Shown: piece by piece, positions 41,301 through 53,300 of the stretch
How positions within the stretch are numbered: the stretch's first letter is position 1
Layout of the letters: each line of letters begins with the position of its first letter
Origin: Nemertoderma westbladi
Taxonomy: Eukaryota; Animalia; Xenacoelomorpha
Reading direction: 5' to 3'
Assembly: GCA_032718475.1 (NCBI GenBank)
Contig: JAUCBJ010001693.1
Location: forward strand, 14,641 to 78,640
DNA: 64,000 nt
Notes under the pieces: generated by a model
Database searches by the model: none
The model's input: only the letters and a program-made list of their open reading frames with translations
What the model was told of the DNA's origin: nothing
Position numbers and translations under genes: made by a program

Positions 41301-44300
41301 TGTTAGAAGACAACTAGCTAACACAGACTTAGGTAGTTCAGAACCCACAGACCAAATTGTTAAGGTCAAAAGACTCCCTACGATACTCGATGAGTCTGAA
41401 ATAATTAGGCCTGTCGTTCCCAAAGCCACTCCTGTGCTAGAGACCCCTGTACTTACAGAGCTTAACTCTAAATTCCCTTTACACAGTACTACACTGCCTG
41501 TACCCGGTAGAACAGTCCATGAGAATATCCCTGTCCTGGACGCTGAGAGAGAAATCAAAGATTTGTCTCCCGTCGTCCCGCGTCTGCCCGCTACAATGTT
41601 GGCGACTCCCGCTTCGGCGGTCGAGTGGGTAGAGGAGGGACGGCGGGGGATGAATCTCCTGCTCGGACAGATGCAGGAGACTGTCCACCAACTCAAGGGA
41701 ACATTAAGGGAAAGTAGGGTAGAATTGCAAGAAGTGCAGCAAAGTATCGCGCTAGAACGCGACAAATTAGTCAATATACAAAAGGGTATACCAATACCCC
41801 CTGTAACATTGTGTCAACCTGTTAGGTCTGAAGTATTACATGCGCAAGGTGTGGAGCCTACACGCATCTATACTGCTAGTGAAGTAGAAACTCCTATAGC
41901 AAACCCTATTAAGGGTGATTATGAACCTGTTGTTAATGATATTCCCTATAGACCTGATAATAATCCGAGAAATTTATATACCGATAATTCGATATTAAAT
42001 AATACGATGGCCCAAGAAAGCTTTACGCGTCAGATGGCTAGAACAGAAGCCCGCCAAGCGGTCAAAGTGGGAGAAATCGTCAAATTCAATGGAGATGAGA
42101 TGAAATGGTTACCTTTCAATGAATATTACAAAGATAGCATACAGAACTCTGTACTATCTAACGGAGAGAAACTTAGGTTCCTCATCAAGTGCTTAGAAGG
42201 ACCTCCCAAGTTAATGGCGTTAAAGTTTATTGGACATCCAGAAGGATTAAGACAAGTTTGGGATACATTAAACATCAGGTATGGTAACAAGGATAACATA
42301 GCTAAGTATTTGTATGCAAAATTAGTAGCCCCCCGAAACTTCCTTAGTAGCGGGATTATAGAGTTTTCCGATGAGATTCAGGAGATCTGTAGACAATTGG
42401 ACTGGTTAGGTAAGTCTCATGAATATCAGAGTTCCATGGTTATTGGAGCAGTAGTCTCTACTTTACCAAAGGGTGGAGTATGTACACGCTGGGACAAGAA
42501 AGTGTTGTACATGAATGAACAACAACGACGAAGCCCTACCATGGCTGATCTCATGTCCTTTTTAGATAGTAAAGTAAAATTACAACTCATAAAGCAGTCC
42601 AGAGAGAAAACATCGGAAAATAAGGTAAGTGAGAAACCCGTTTCTAGGAGAAGGATAATACCAGTGTGTTATACTGACGACGGCGAAAGCCAAGCTTCTC
42701 AAGAAGAGGACAGCGGGAAAGACACAGCAAAATCTTACTATGACAACAAGACCTATAAAGACGTAAGTAAATACAAGTCTCGAACCAGTAACAGGAGAGA
42801 ACAGGTAACAACAACTCCTCCTACGTCTCCTAAGAGAATTCACGGAAGAAAGCCCGAAGAAAGAACGAGAGTGCATAACGTTACCCAAGGTAAAGTGAGT
42901 AACATCAAACCAAAATGTGCGCTGTGCGACGGGCCCCACCGTTTGAGTGCGTGTGCTGAATTTCTAAAGAAATCCCTTGTAGACAGACGTACAGTCCTGT
43001 GGAATAAGCGGTTATGCTATAATTGCCTCAGATCAGGACACCAACGGCGAACCTGTTACTCCGACGTAAAGTGTGCAAAGTGTGGCGCGAAACATCACAT
43101 CTTGTTACACAGTGAGTTCGAACGAAACAACCCGAGTCAGGTAAGTGAGCCCGAACTACATGTCCAGTTCAGTGATGTAAATGACACTGATCAAGAATCT
43201 GAGATGGAAGGATTCTATACTGACGAATTCTCCGACGCCAACGAATCCTGTTACTTAATAAATACCGCAGTGTATCGAGCACTTACGCATGAAAAGGACA
43301 CCGAAAATGAGTTCCCCCCAACTACCTTTGACAGACAACCATCTTGGAAAGCTCCAACTTCCAATGTAGGAATCAGAGAATTTCCTGTAGTGCAGGTAAG
43401 AGTTCACGGTCCTAACAACAGTTACATAGTGAACGCCCTCCTTGACTCCGGCAGCACAGGAACATTCATCGATCAAGAACTAGCCAAAGATATCTTTGCT
43501 GGACAACCCAAATTCCGGACTAAATTGAATATATCAGGAATTATGCAGGTTTGGAAATCTACCCTAACGGCAGACTACTATGTAGGTGTGTTGTCCACCC
43601 CCCAGGATAAGTTAGGAGCACAAGGTATAAGGTCGGTAAAAATGGTGGCTATAAAGAACTTCGCTACTACTCAAGCAGACCTTTATAATTGGGACGAGGA
43701 TGAGAGCATCCAACATCTTAAGATACCTCGATTCCAGACAGATTATCCTGGAGTGCAAATACTCATCGGCCAAAACGCGCATGAAGCGCTCGAGACATTG
43801 GAGAAATGGCCTGCTCAACCGCAGCCATTACAAACCTATGCGGTAAGAACTAGAGTAGGTTGGTACTTCACTGGCCCTTCCCGTAGAACTCTCAAAGAGA
43901 GATTACCTCAACAACAGGTATACCAAGTAAAGGAATGGGAAGTGGAGAGCAGTGATGTGGACGATCCAACTGAGGGAACACCATACTCCTCAGATAATGA
44001 CGATATTAACTCCAATGTAGATCAATGGAGACATTGCCTTGGGACGATTAATCCAGCCGACATCGCTTCCAGAGGAGCAACTCCTCAAAAACTGATAGAT
44101 ACTCCAGGCTGGTTAGGTGGATCCGACTTCTTAAGTAAAGAAGAAGAAGAATGGCCTCCTCATCTTACCCCGGCGGAGATTAGACAGGCCAAGGGAGCGG
44201 AGAAAGTAACACAACAACTCAATCGCCCAGCTAGTCGTTTATGTTTACTGGAAAGAGACCAAAAACTGTCCGGAAACTATGGAAGGCAAGATACTCTTCC

Positions 44301-47300
44301 TACGACCACTTCCCTAATCCGACAAATATCTAGGGACTCCATAACGTAATAACATATGGAGTGGGCGTGTGACTATATCATTTTATATTTGTTTTTATTT
44401 TATATTTATGTATGTATTATTATGTAATTTTATTATAATCGTTTTCTTTAATTTTATTTAGTAGAATGTTCTTTTAGTGATTATTTAGTAGATTAGTGCA
44501 ATATATTAGTGTTTATTACGTACGTAATTACTTATAATATATATTTAGTGCGACGGCGAGAAATAATTATTTTTTCTCTTTCCTTACTGTCCGTATCATA
44601 TTATAAATACGTGACTACAGTAAGATGAAATGTCCGTACTTATTAAAGTACAATAAAGCTCCTACTATACTTAAGTATTATTGGTAGGCAGAGTATTAGG
44701 AATGCAAAGTTCAGATCCTCGTGTCTCGGCTAAACCAAGCTCTGGGTAGACCTTGGAAACGACTTGCCTCTTCACACTGACATTGCTTCGTGCGATATTG
44801 CTCTTCTACCTTATATTAAATAATACATATAGTAGCGTGATGTCCCTCTAACAGTAGCGTAAACGCAAATAATCGTTTTCTTTAATTTTATTTAGTAGAA
44901 TGTTCTTTTAGTGATTATTTAGTAGATTAGTGCAATATATTAGTGTTTATTACGTACGTAATTACTTATAATATATATTTAGTGCGACGGCGAGAAATAA
45001 TTATTTTTTCACTTTCCTTACTGTCCGTATCATATTATAAATACGTGACTACAGTAAGATGAAATGTCCGTACTTATTACTTAGGAATAAACCTTTTGAC
45101 CATCTGTAATTCTAGTCGATTAAGATATCGCGGCACCCACCGATATACTTGAAAGACAAATTCTAGAATCAGTGATTAACGTCCCCAGACAAGTTCTGGA
45201 ATAAATCGGTGCCCATCTTAAATATTAATTTAATATTTATTAAAATCTGTAAAATTCAGATCCTTTAAAATTTCTAGTCAATTAAGATATCGCAGCACTT
45301 ACCGATACTCTTAAAAGACAATTTTATAGAATTAAGGATCCTAAGTCCCCAGACATACTCTGGAATAAAAATTGTGTCAATTTTAACATCAAATAATAAA
45401 ATTCATGGGAATAAATTTAAATTCATATTTTAAATGAATTTCATAAATTGTCATTTTGTGCAATTTGTAACATTCCCAAAATTCCATTAATTAATAGATC
45501 ACGGGAGCGGAGATTCATCCTATTGAGTGTATTAGAGTGCGAGAATCTCCAACATATAGTCAATAGCCGATAAAATTAATAAAATCATACATAAAGAGGA
45601 TATTGACAATTAAAGAATTATTATTAAATAGCATCCCAGATCTGTATGCATGAGAATTACCCTAATTCTACCGCTAGCATTCCATAATGTCACCATAGCA
45701 ACACCCACGCTAGAATTAGAAGCAAGTTAAGAGAACAATAGAAAGCTTGTCACATTGCATAGCATAGAGAATACATAGCACACTGTTAGTATCCAAGGAT
45801 ACACAGTAATAACGTGACATTCTGGAAGGCACTGACTAACGGACAAATGGCCTGTATGTGTACAATTGGTGACAGTTGTGTGGAATTTGTGCGTTTGTAG
45901 GTGAATGTTACTGCTAAGGTGTGTTTACAGTAGCTAGTCGCAATTGTGAAAGTAGCCCAACTCTCCTATAGAAAGAACCTAAAGTGGATTCAAGCCTTTG
46001 GGACGGACAGTGGAGTGACTTGTGCCGGTTATCGTTGTCGTGATGTTGCTACATGTTGGCGTAAACACCGCGACGACGGTACATCGGCGCTGAGAATCCC
46101 ACTGTCCGGGGCGAAGAGAGGTAGGCAGCGACGCCCGCTCGCCTAAACATAAACTCATTACAATATTAATAAACTCAAATGGCAGATATGACGGAGTTGA
46201 TAGAAGATGATCTTGGTATCAGGGAGCGATATACTCTACCTTTACAAGCATTTGTGGATAGCTTGATACGCGATGAAGCCGATCCAACCATTACGGAGGA
46301 CGGTGGTCGTTGTATCGAACCGCCGATGTCCCAAGAGCAACTTACGCGTGAATTGGACTGTCGGGAGTTCGCCGCTCGCTATACGCATCGTGATGGTACG
46401 TATATGGACTTCCTAACTACCGGCCATCCTATCGATTTACCTGATACGGACGATGTAGACACCGAAAGGGAAATGGTTCTATTTAAATATCATACCCAGC
46501 GGAGTCGTAACGATAAACCGAAAATAGATCACGAAAATTCTATTCGTAACAGACTGGGAAGACGAACCAATATGCCTAGAATCTGAGGAGATTCAGCCTA
46601 TCGCGCCCGGAACAGCGACAACGATTACATCCTAGAATGGTATCAAGGTCCACAGTGTCTCACTGCGTACGATTATCGCCATGCCAACTATGTTTCTCGG
46701 CAACGTTGTCGGTTATGCGCATCGAGAGACCATGTTACGCCCATGGACACAAACGTCCGTTGTTCCTATTTCCACGAACAACCGGCGATGGAAATTTATT
46801 GCGCGTATTGCAGGCTCAATAACTTGCACATTTTTGCAGTTTGCCCTCAATTTATGACTCAATGGCAACATTGTCAACTAAAGGGACGCGCCAGTTTCGA
46901 TTGCCCTTTTTAATCACGATTTGGAAAGCCTAGATGAAATGATCACACTACGTTACATCAGAGCTTGGGAAGCGAACGCTGATTTACATTGTGATTCGCG
47001 CCATCGCTATTATCCTGGACGCGCTTACGAAGGAGTTTATGCGTTCCATCCTTATCTATTCGCTTCGGTTGAACAGAAATCACGCATATCAAGTTACGAG
47101 CTACTGAAGCGCGTCGGAGAATGTATTTCAACCAAATTCGTACGCAAATTTCTCAGGAGTGTTAATCCTAGCGACCTTCATTCCTATAACTTAATCAATT
47201 ATATCCGTCAGGATCCGGACTATGGAGACTTGTTTGTTAACTCACACCCCGAGTTACAGGAAGTATATCGACGGCCTTACGAATACCGAGCCCGCGAACG

Positions 47301-50300
47301 CGAGTTGGAAAGAACCATTAAACCCTGGAGGTTTCTAACTGCCTATGGTCCACCCACGGCCCTCGTTCAGACCACTCGTAAAGGACCCGTAAGAGCGGCT
47401 GTCTTGAAACGAGCTCTCAAAGCCGTTAGAACCCTCTCACCTGACGTTGATGTCAATCAACCCGGTACTTCGACTGGCAGATACACCGACCATAATCCTA
47501 CACCCTCTGATGCAATCATATTGCACCCTTCACCCAGGAGTTATAGCCCTCCTTGTAAAGTGGCTCGCCCCAAAGAGAAAAGGACTCTGGCTAGCTTTAA
47601 AAAACTGCGTAAACGCCGTCCGCGCAAGAAAGACTAACTGTTTAGAGTATTTACGTATATTAGAAACTGTGATTTTGTATATTTTATAGACTCAAATCCC
47701 ATTTTCTGGGAGCGGTGTAAAAGCTTCTGTGGGATATAACTGGCCCCTTTTGCTTCGCAATCCAGTTTCCCCCCAGGCGCTGGAATACTCTAAAAGGCTC
47801 TCTAACTATATATATATTCCCCTCGCCCGCAAGGTACCGTTATAGGTGTTTTAACGGACATAAAAGTCATTCTTCTATATACGTGTTTTGGCGGACATGG
47901 TAAGGCAAAAAACCTGCAATGCACCAAATACCTTTACACAGCTTAGCCTTGATGATTCAGATTACGACATCTAACAGCTGGTTGCTGACATGGAAACGGC
48001 CATTGGACACATGGTTCTTTGTTTAGCTTAAGCCAATCAGAGCGATTTTTTCTGTTGATGTGGAGCTTTTCGGCCGATCATACTAGGAGTGTTCAGTCTT
48101 ACTGTTTTTGTGATACTGTTGTGTTGTTGCTATCTAGGCCAGGAACACCGGCTCTAGAGTCAACTCGTTTTCATACTTTAGAAGAAACATTAGTAGGCTT
48201 AAGATTATAGAGCGTATAACTGTTATCAGTTCAGTCCAGTCCCTATCATATATCACATATCATAACTTGTCATATCATATCTTGACCTACCGTCTTAATG
48301 TTTTACTGTTGTCATATTTTGTATTAGTTGGTTGAATATTATTTGGAGAACATTTATAAAGAACCCAAATTTCCCAATTTTCTTGATACACTACAGGTTA
48401 GAGAGACGGGTTATATATAGCGATTGCGACTTATATTATTGTGGTTTGTAGTGAATTTAATGCTATTTGATAAGCACTACATGAATCCGTTGCTGTTCTC
48501 TTTATATATGATAAAATTCATTGACGGTCGGCAAATTAGTGAGCAGTATTGTGTGTTACCGGTAGTGTGCATGATTGTGACTGATAACTAAGCATTTCCT
48601 AAAGAATGCGCCTCATACGTGAATCATAAGCCTTACCGACTTACCGTTGTGATTAGTATAAGTCATATCTCTGTTTACCTAGATAGAGCGCCACGTCCTA
48701 AAGGAACTGTTAATATTTCCCGAAAGTGAATAATATTAGTCAGAAATTATTTATTAACGATCAATCGAATAATACAGTAAGCTTACACTGCAATAATAAT
48801 CTAAGCCCTCAGAATCCAGTCTCCCGGGTATATCCAGCGGGTGAATGGACGCGCACTAGGCTGGCTTCTGCTAATGTTGTGTTTATTGGTATTAAATATT
48901 TGTCAACTTCTAAAGTCTATTTGTAAACCAAAAGACATATAAATTTTGGCAGGTTAAACTGCTAAAGGTCTTCAAAAGCGCGTACAATTTTCCTGCCTCG
49001 CGGTCAACTATTTTATCGATAAAGCGTTACTAAGAATATATTATTTAATGAATTAAGATTTTAATCTTAACCCTATTAGTACCGGGCTATAAAATGTTGT
49101 ACAAATACCGGGGAGGGGTCATATTGACCCCCCCCCCCCCCCCCCCCCTCTAAAATCTACAAATATTTACGAAAACGTCTGATTTTTTGTTTGTACGTAG
49201 GTATCACTTGTCTGGATCCGACCGAAAAAAAAATTTTCGAAAAAATGTACTGCGGTGGTTATATTGCAGCACCAAAATTACAAGTAGTGCACAATTTTCA
49301 CCAAATTTGAAAGTTACATTTTCGGCTAATTATTTTTCAATACAGGTTTTCTGGGGTGCAAAATACATTGGAAAATATTAAAAAATGATATGATTACTAT
49401 AAATGGCTGTTTAGTCCTCTCTGCGTAGGAAAAAAATGAAAAAAACAAGTAACCAGCACTTTTCAGTTAGAACACAAAATTTGTAATTCACTTATACGAT
49501 GCTATAAATTCACATTTTCAGGTTTTCGAGGGCGCTGATTCTAATGGAATACATTTCTAATATGCCAGATCATTGCTACTTGTATTTTTCGGCGTAATTT
49601 GGCAAATTTTGGTGCTAGCATCAAATTTCGTACCCATCACCAAAAAGTACAAGTTTGCGATGTTCAGTGCTGTTTTTATTGATTCCATCGGATTCAGGAC
49701 CCTCATAAACCCGTATAACGCAAGAAACAAGGTGATACTATCTACTTATCAATTTGCATATTTTCCAAAATTTGGTGCTGGCACAACAATTTTCACCCAC
49801 CGGCGAAAAATACAAGTTTGAGAACTCTTATGAAATTTTTACTGATTCCATTGAATTCAGAACCATCACAAACCCGTATAACGCAAGAAACAAGGTGACA
49901 CAATCAATTGATATATTTGATGGTTTTCAAAATTTGGTGCTAGCACCAAATTTTGCACCCACATCCGAAAAATACAAGTTTGAGATGTCTAGATCGATAA
50001 TTATATTTTCCATTGAATTCAGAACAGCCATAAACCTCTAAAACGCAAGAAATAAATTGTCACAAGCAATTTTATATATTGAATGGATTTTCAAAATTTC
50101 GTGCTAGCACCAAAATTTGCACACAGCACCGAAAAATACAAGTTTGATACGCTTGGTGCAACTCGTATATATTTCATCGAATCCAGAAACCCAAAAAACC
50201 CCAATTGCGTAAAAAACAAGTTTCAAACGATCAATTTACAAAATTGACTTATTTCGAAATTTGGTGCTGGCACCAAAATTTGGCACCCACCGAAAAAAAC

Positions 50301-53300
50301 AAGTTTGAAATTTCTAAATCAATTTATATGAATTCCATCAAATTTCTAACACCAAAAAACCGGTGTAAATCAAAAATAGAGATGTTACAATTCATATTTA
50401 ATGAAATGTAATTTTCAAAAAACGTCTCAAAAAAAGTGCCAAAAGTAGGGTTAAAAAATGGTGCTATAACTCGAAAAGTACCCAATATTTTTGAAAACGG
50501 TTTTCACTACTAGGAAGACAATAGATTTTTAGGAAAAGTCATAAATTTCAGATTCCCAACTGCGTTTGTTTCAGAATTATAATAAAAAAACCAAGGGGGG
50601 GGTCATATTGACCCCCCCCCCCCCCGGGTTTAATAGGGTTAATTCATTAAATAATATTTTCTTAGTAACGGTCCTACTGTTATCTGTCAATTACTCTATC
50701 TTTCATGCAATGATTATAAATATAATCCTACATGCCCATAACTAAAGAAATAAATTTACTCAAGAAATTCCAGAAACATGTACCATTTCTATAACTGCTT
50801 GTAAGCCAACATATTATTATAATGTTAACTTTACTTCACCGTAGAAGTAAGTTTCGAACGCCCATAGCTTTTTATCACCAAATTCCAAACGTTTTGACCT
50901 ATTTTGAATTCTTGTAATGTCTCTTTCAATTGGTCGGGTCCACCAAATAACGGAAATGATCTCTAATAATTGTTTTGCGACGGTGCAATAGCGATAAAGA
51001 TACTATTCAAATGCTTGTACTGTAGTACCAAAAGTTAAAAAAAAACCAAAATCTTGATGCACCTAGTTGAAAATCCTAAAATAGGAAAGCCGAACTATTT
51101 TGTTTCTGTCCGATTCGATATTAAAGATGTGTAGAAAAACATGGGAAAGGGGAATGTCACTGAATTACGACACTATTATTCTGGGACCTGGTGTATTTCA
51201 TTATATTTCAGGTTATAGTGAATAAGTGAGGAAAAGAATCCCGTTAACAGAATTAACACGCCTTTAATTTTTACAGGTATAGAAAACCACCAACCTAAAT
51301 TATTTTGCATGTTTCAGCCAATCAACCACCTTTAATATAATTGAATCAATGGGTAACAAATTCTAGAATTTATAATTCATATGCCATCTCCCTTAATACA
51401 ACAACCATTTTTAGGGGGTCGGAGCCACCCCCCCACCCCCCTAATATATTTTGAAATTTCGATAATATGCTACGAAATTTGGTATGATGATAGTTCGACA
51501 ATTTTTCTTACTGTTCGCAGAGCCGGATTTTTTAATTTATGAGCTATTCGATAAACGATATACGGAAAATACGTATATTTGGCAATATTTAACCACCTCC
51601 GCCGGCTTTATTTTTCGTCTTTGGAATGTAAACAATTACAAAAATTAAAACAAAACATTAGAATTATAGTGATTTACGTCTCAATATTTACACCTTACTG
51701 TAGTACAGTGTGTGTATTTTGATAATATTGTTGGCAATTTTTGGTGAAATTACACCCGGTTCTGAATCTGCAGATGAAGGCGATTCTCAGATGATGATGA
51801 TATCTAGATTACATTCCAAAGACGACAGATAAACCCGGCGGTGCGGAGGTCGCTAAATATTGCTAAAAATTGCTATAAATTAAAATATCCGGCTCTGCCA
51901 GGAAAAATTGTCGAATTATCATCATACCAAATTTCGTAGCATATGATTGAAATTTGAAAAATAAGGGGGTGGGGGGGGGGGGGGGGTCCCCTAGGTCGGC
52001 ACCCCACTCCGATCGCCTAAAAATTGTTGATGTATTAACGGAGATGGGAAATGACAAACGGTGATAAAACTTGTCATACACAAAATATGTTCCTTATAAA
52101 TAATAATCTCTTGGGGCGTTTTTATATTTCAGGCTTTTATATTGATTATTTGTGGTCTCTTATGGTTTCAAATACCCTGGGAGGAAGAATCTCTCATGGA
52201 CAGAGCAGGTGTCTTGTTCTTCTTTAACATGACTTGGTCAATGTTCCCAATGTTCTCAGCCCTGCTCTCTTGTGAGTATTTATGTTAGCTACATAGTGAA
52301 ATGTGTGGATGTTTATATATTGACAAATTTAAAATCGATACTTAAGATAATATATGTAGTTAATGAATCTTCAGTTTGAGTTATATAACTATTAATATTA
52401 GTACAGTCAAGTACAGTACAGTTTTTGTCAGTTGGAGTATTACGACGCTGTGGCGAACACTTGACCTTTACATAGAGAGTGACCTTCAGGTTCTCTAAAA
52501 AGGCTAGATTATACGGATACTTGTCAGACATCGCGTGACTCCGACATCTGGGGACTCAGACATCCATCGGGGGTCTCCGAAATCTGGGGACTCCGACATC
52601 GGGGGACTCCGACATTGGGGGACTCCGACATCGGGGACTTCGACATCGGGGGACTCCGACATTGGGGGACTCCGACATCGGGGGACTCCGACATCGGGGG
52701 ACTCCGACATCCATCGGGGGACTCCGACATCGGAGGACTCCGACATCGGGGGACTCCGGCATCCATCGGGGGCCTTTGACCTCGGGGGACTCCGACATTG
52801 GGGGACTCCGACATTGGGGGACTCCGACATCGGGTGACTCCGACTTCGGGGGACTCCGACATCGGGGGATACGACATCGGGGGACTCCGACCTCGGGGGA
52901 CTCCGACATCAGGGGACTCCGACATCGGGGGACTCCGACATTGGGGGACTCCGACATCCGTCATTGGACTCCGACATCGGGGGACTCCGATATCCATCGT
53001 GGGACTCCGACATCCATCGGGGGACTCCGACATCCATCGGGAGACTCGGACATCGGGGGACTCCGACATCCATTGGGGGACTCCGACATCCATCGGGGAC
53101 TCCGACATCGGGGGACTCCGACATCCATCGGGGGACTCTGAGATCCATCGGGGGACTCTGACATCCATCGGGAGACTCGGACACCGAGACTTCGGAGGAC
53201 TCCGACTCCGACTTCGGGGGACTCCGACTCCGGCTTCCGAAACCCTGCACGATTTGCACCGTTCATTACCCTATTTTTATTTAACATTGTTATGTTATAT

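Larger units (their letters stand above)
36679..48986 (+). mobile_element. BEL/Pao LTR retrotransposon, non-autonomous (gag-protease only)
   Basis: TG…CA LTRs of 1271 bp, 5-bp TSD ATTTT (36674-36678, 48987-48991), short purine tract GGGAGCGG before the 3' LTR, BEL-type gag. Confidence 0.95.

Noticed and set aside
40710-41774. Antisense Leu/Pro-, Cys- and Ala-rich ORFs
   Set aside because: Reverse-strand shadows of the Ala-rich low-complexity gag segment.
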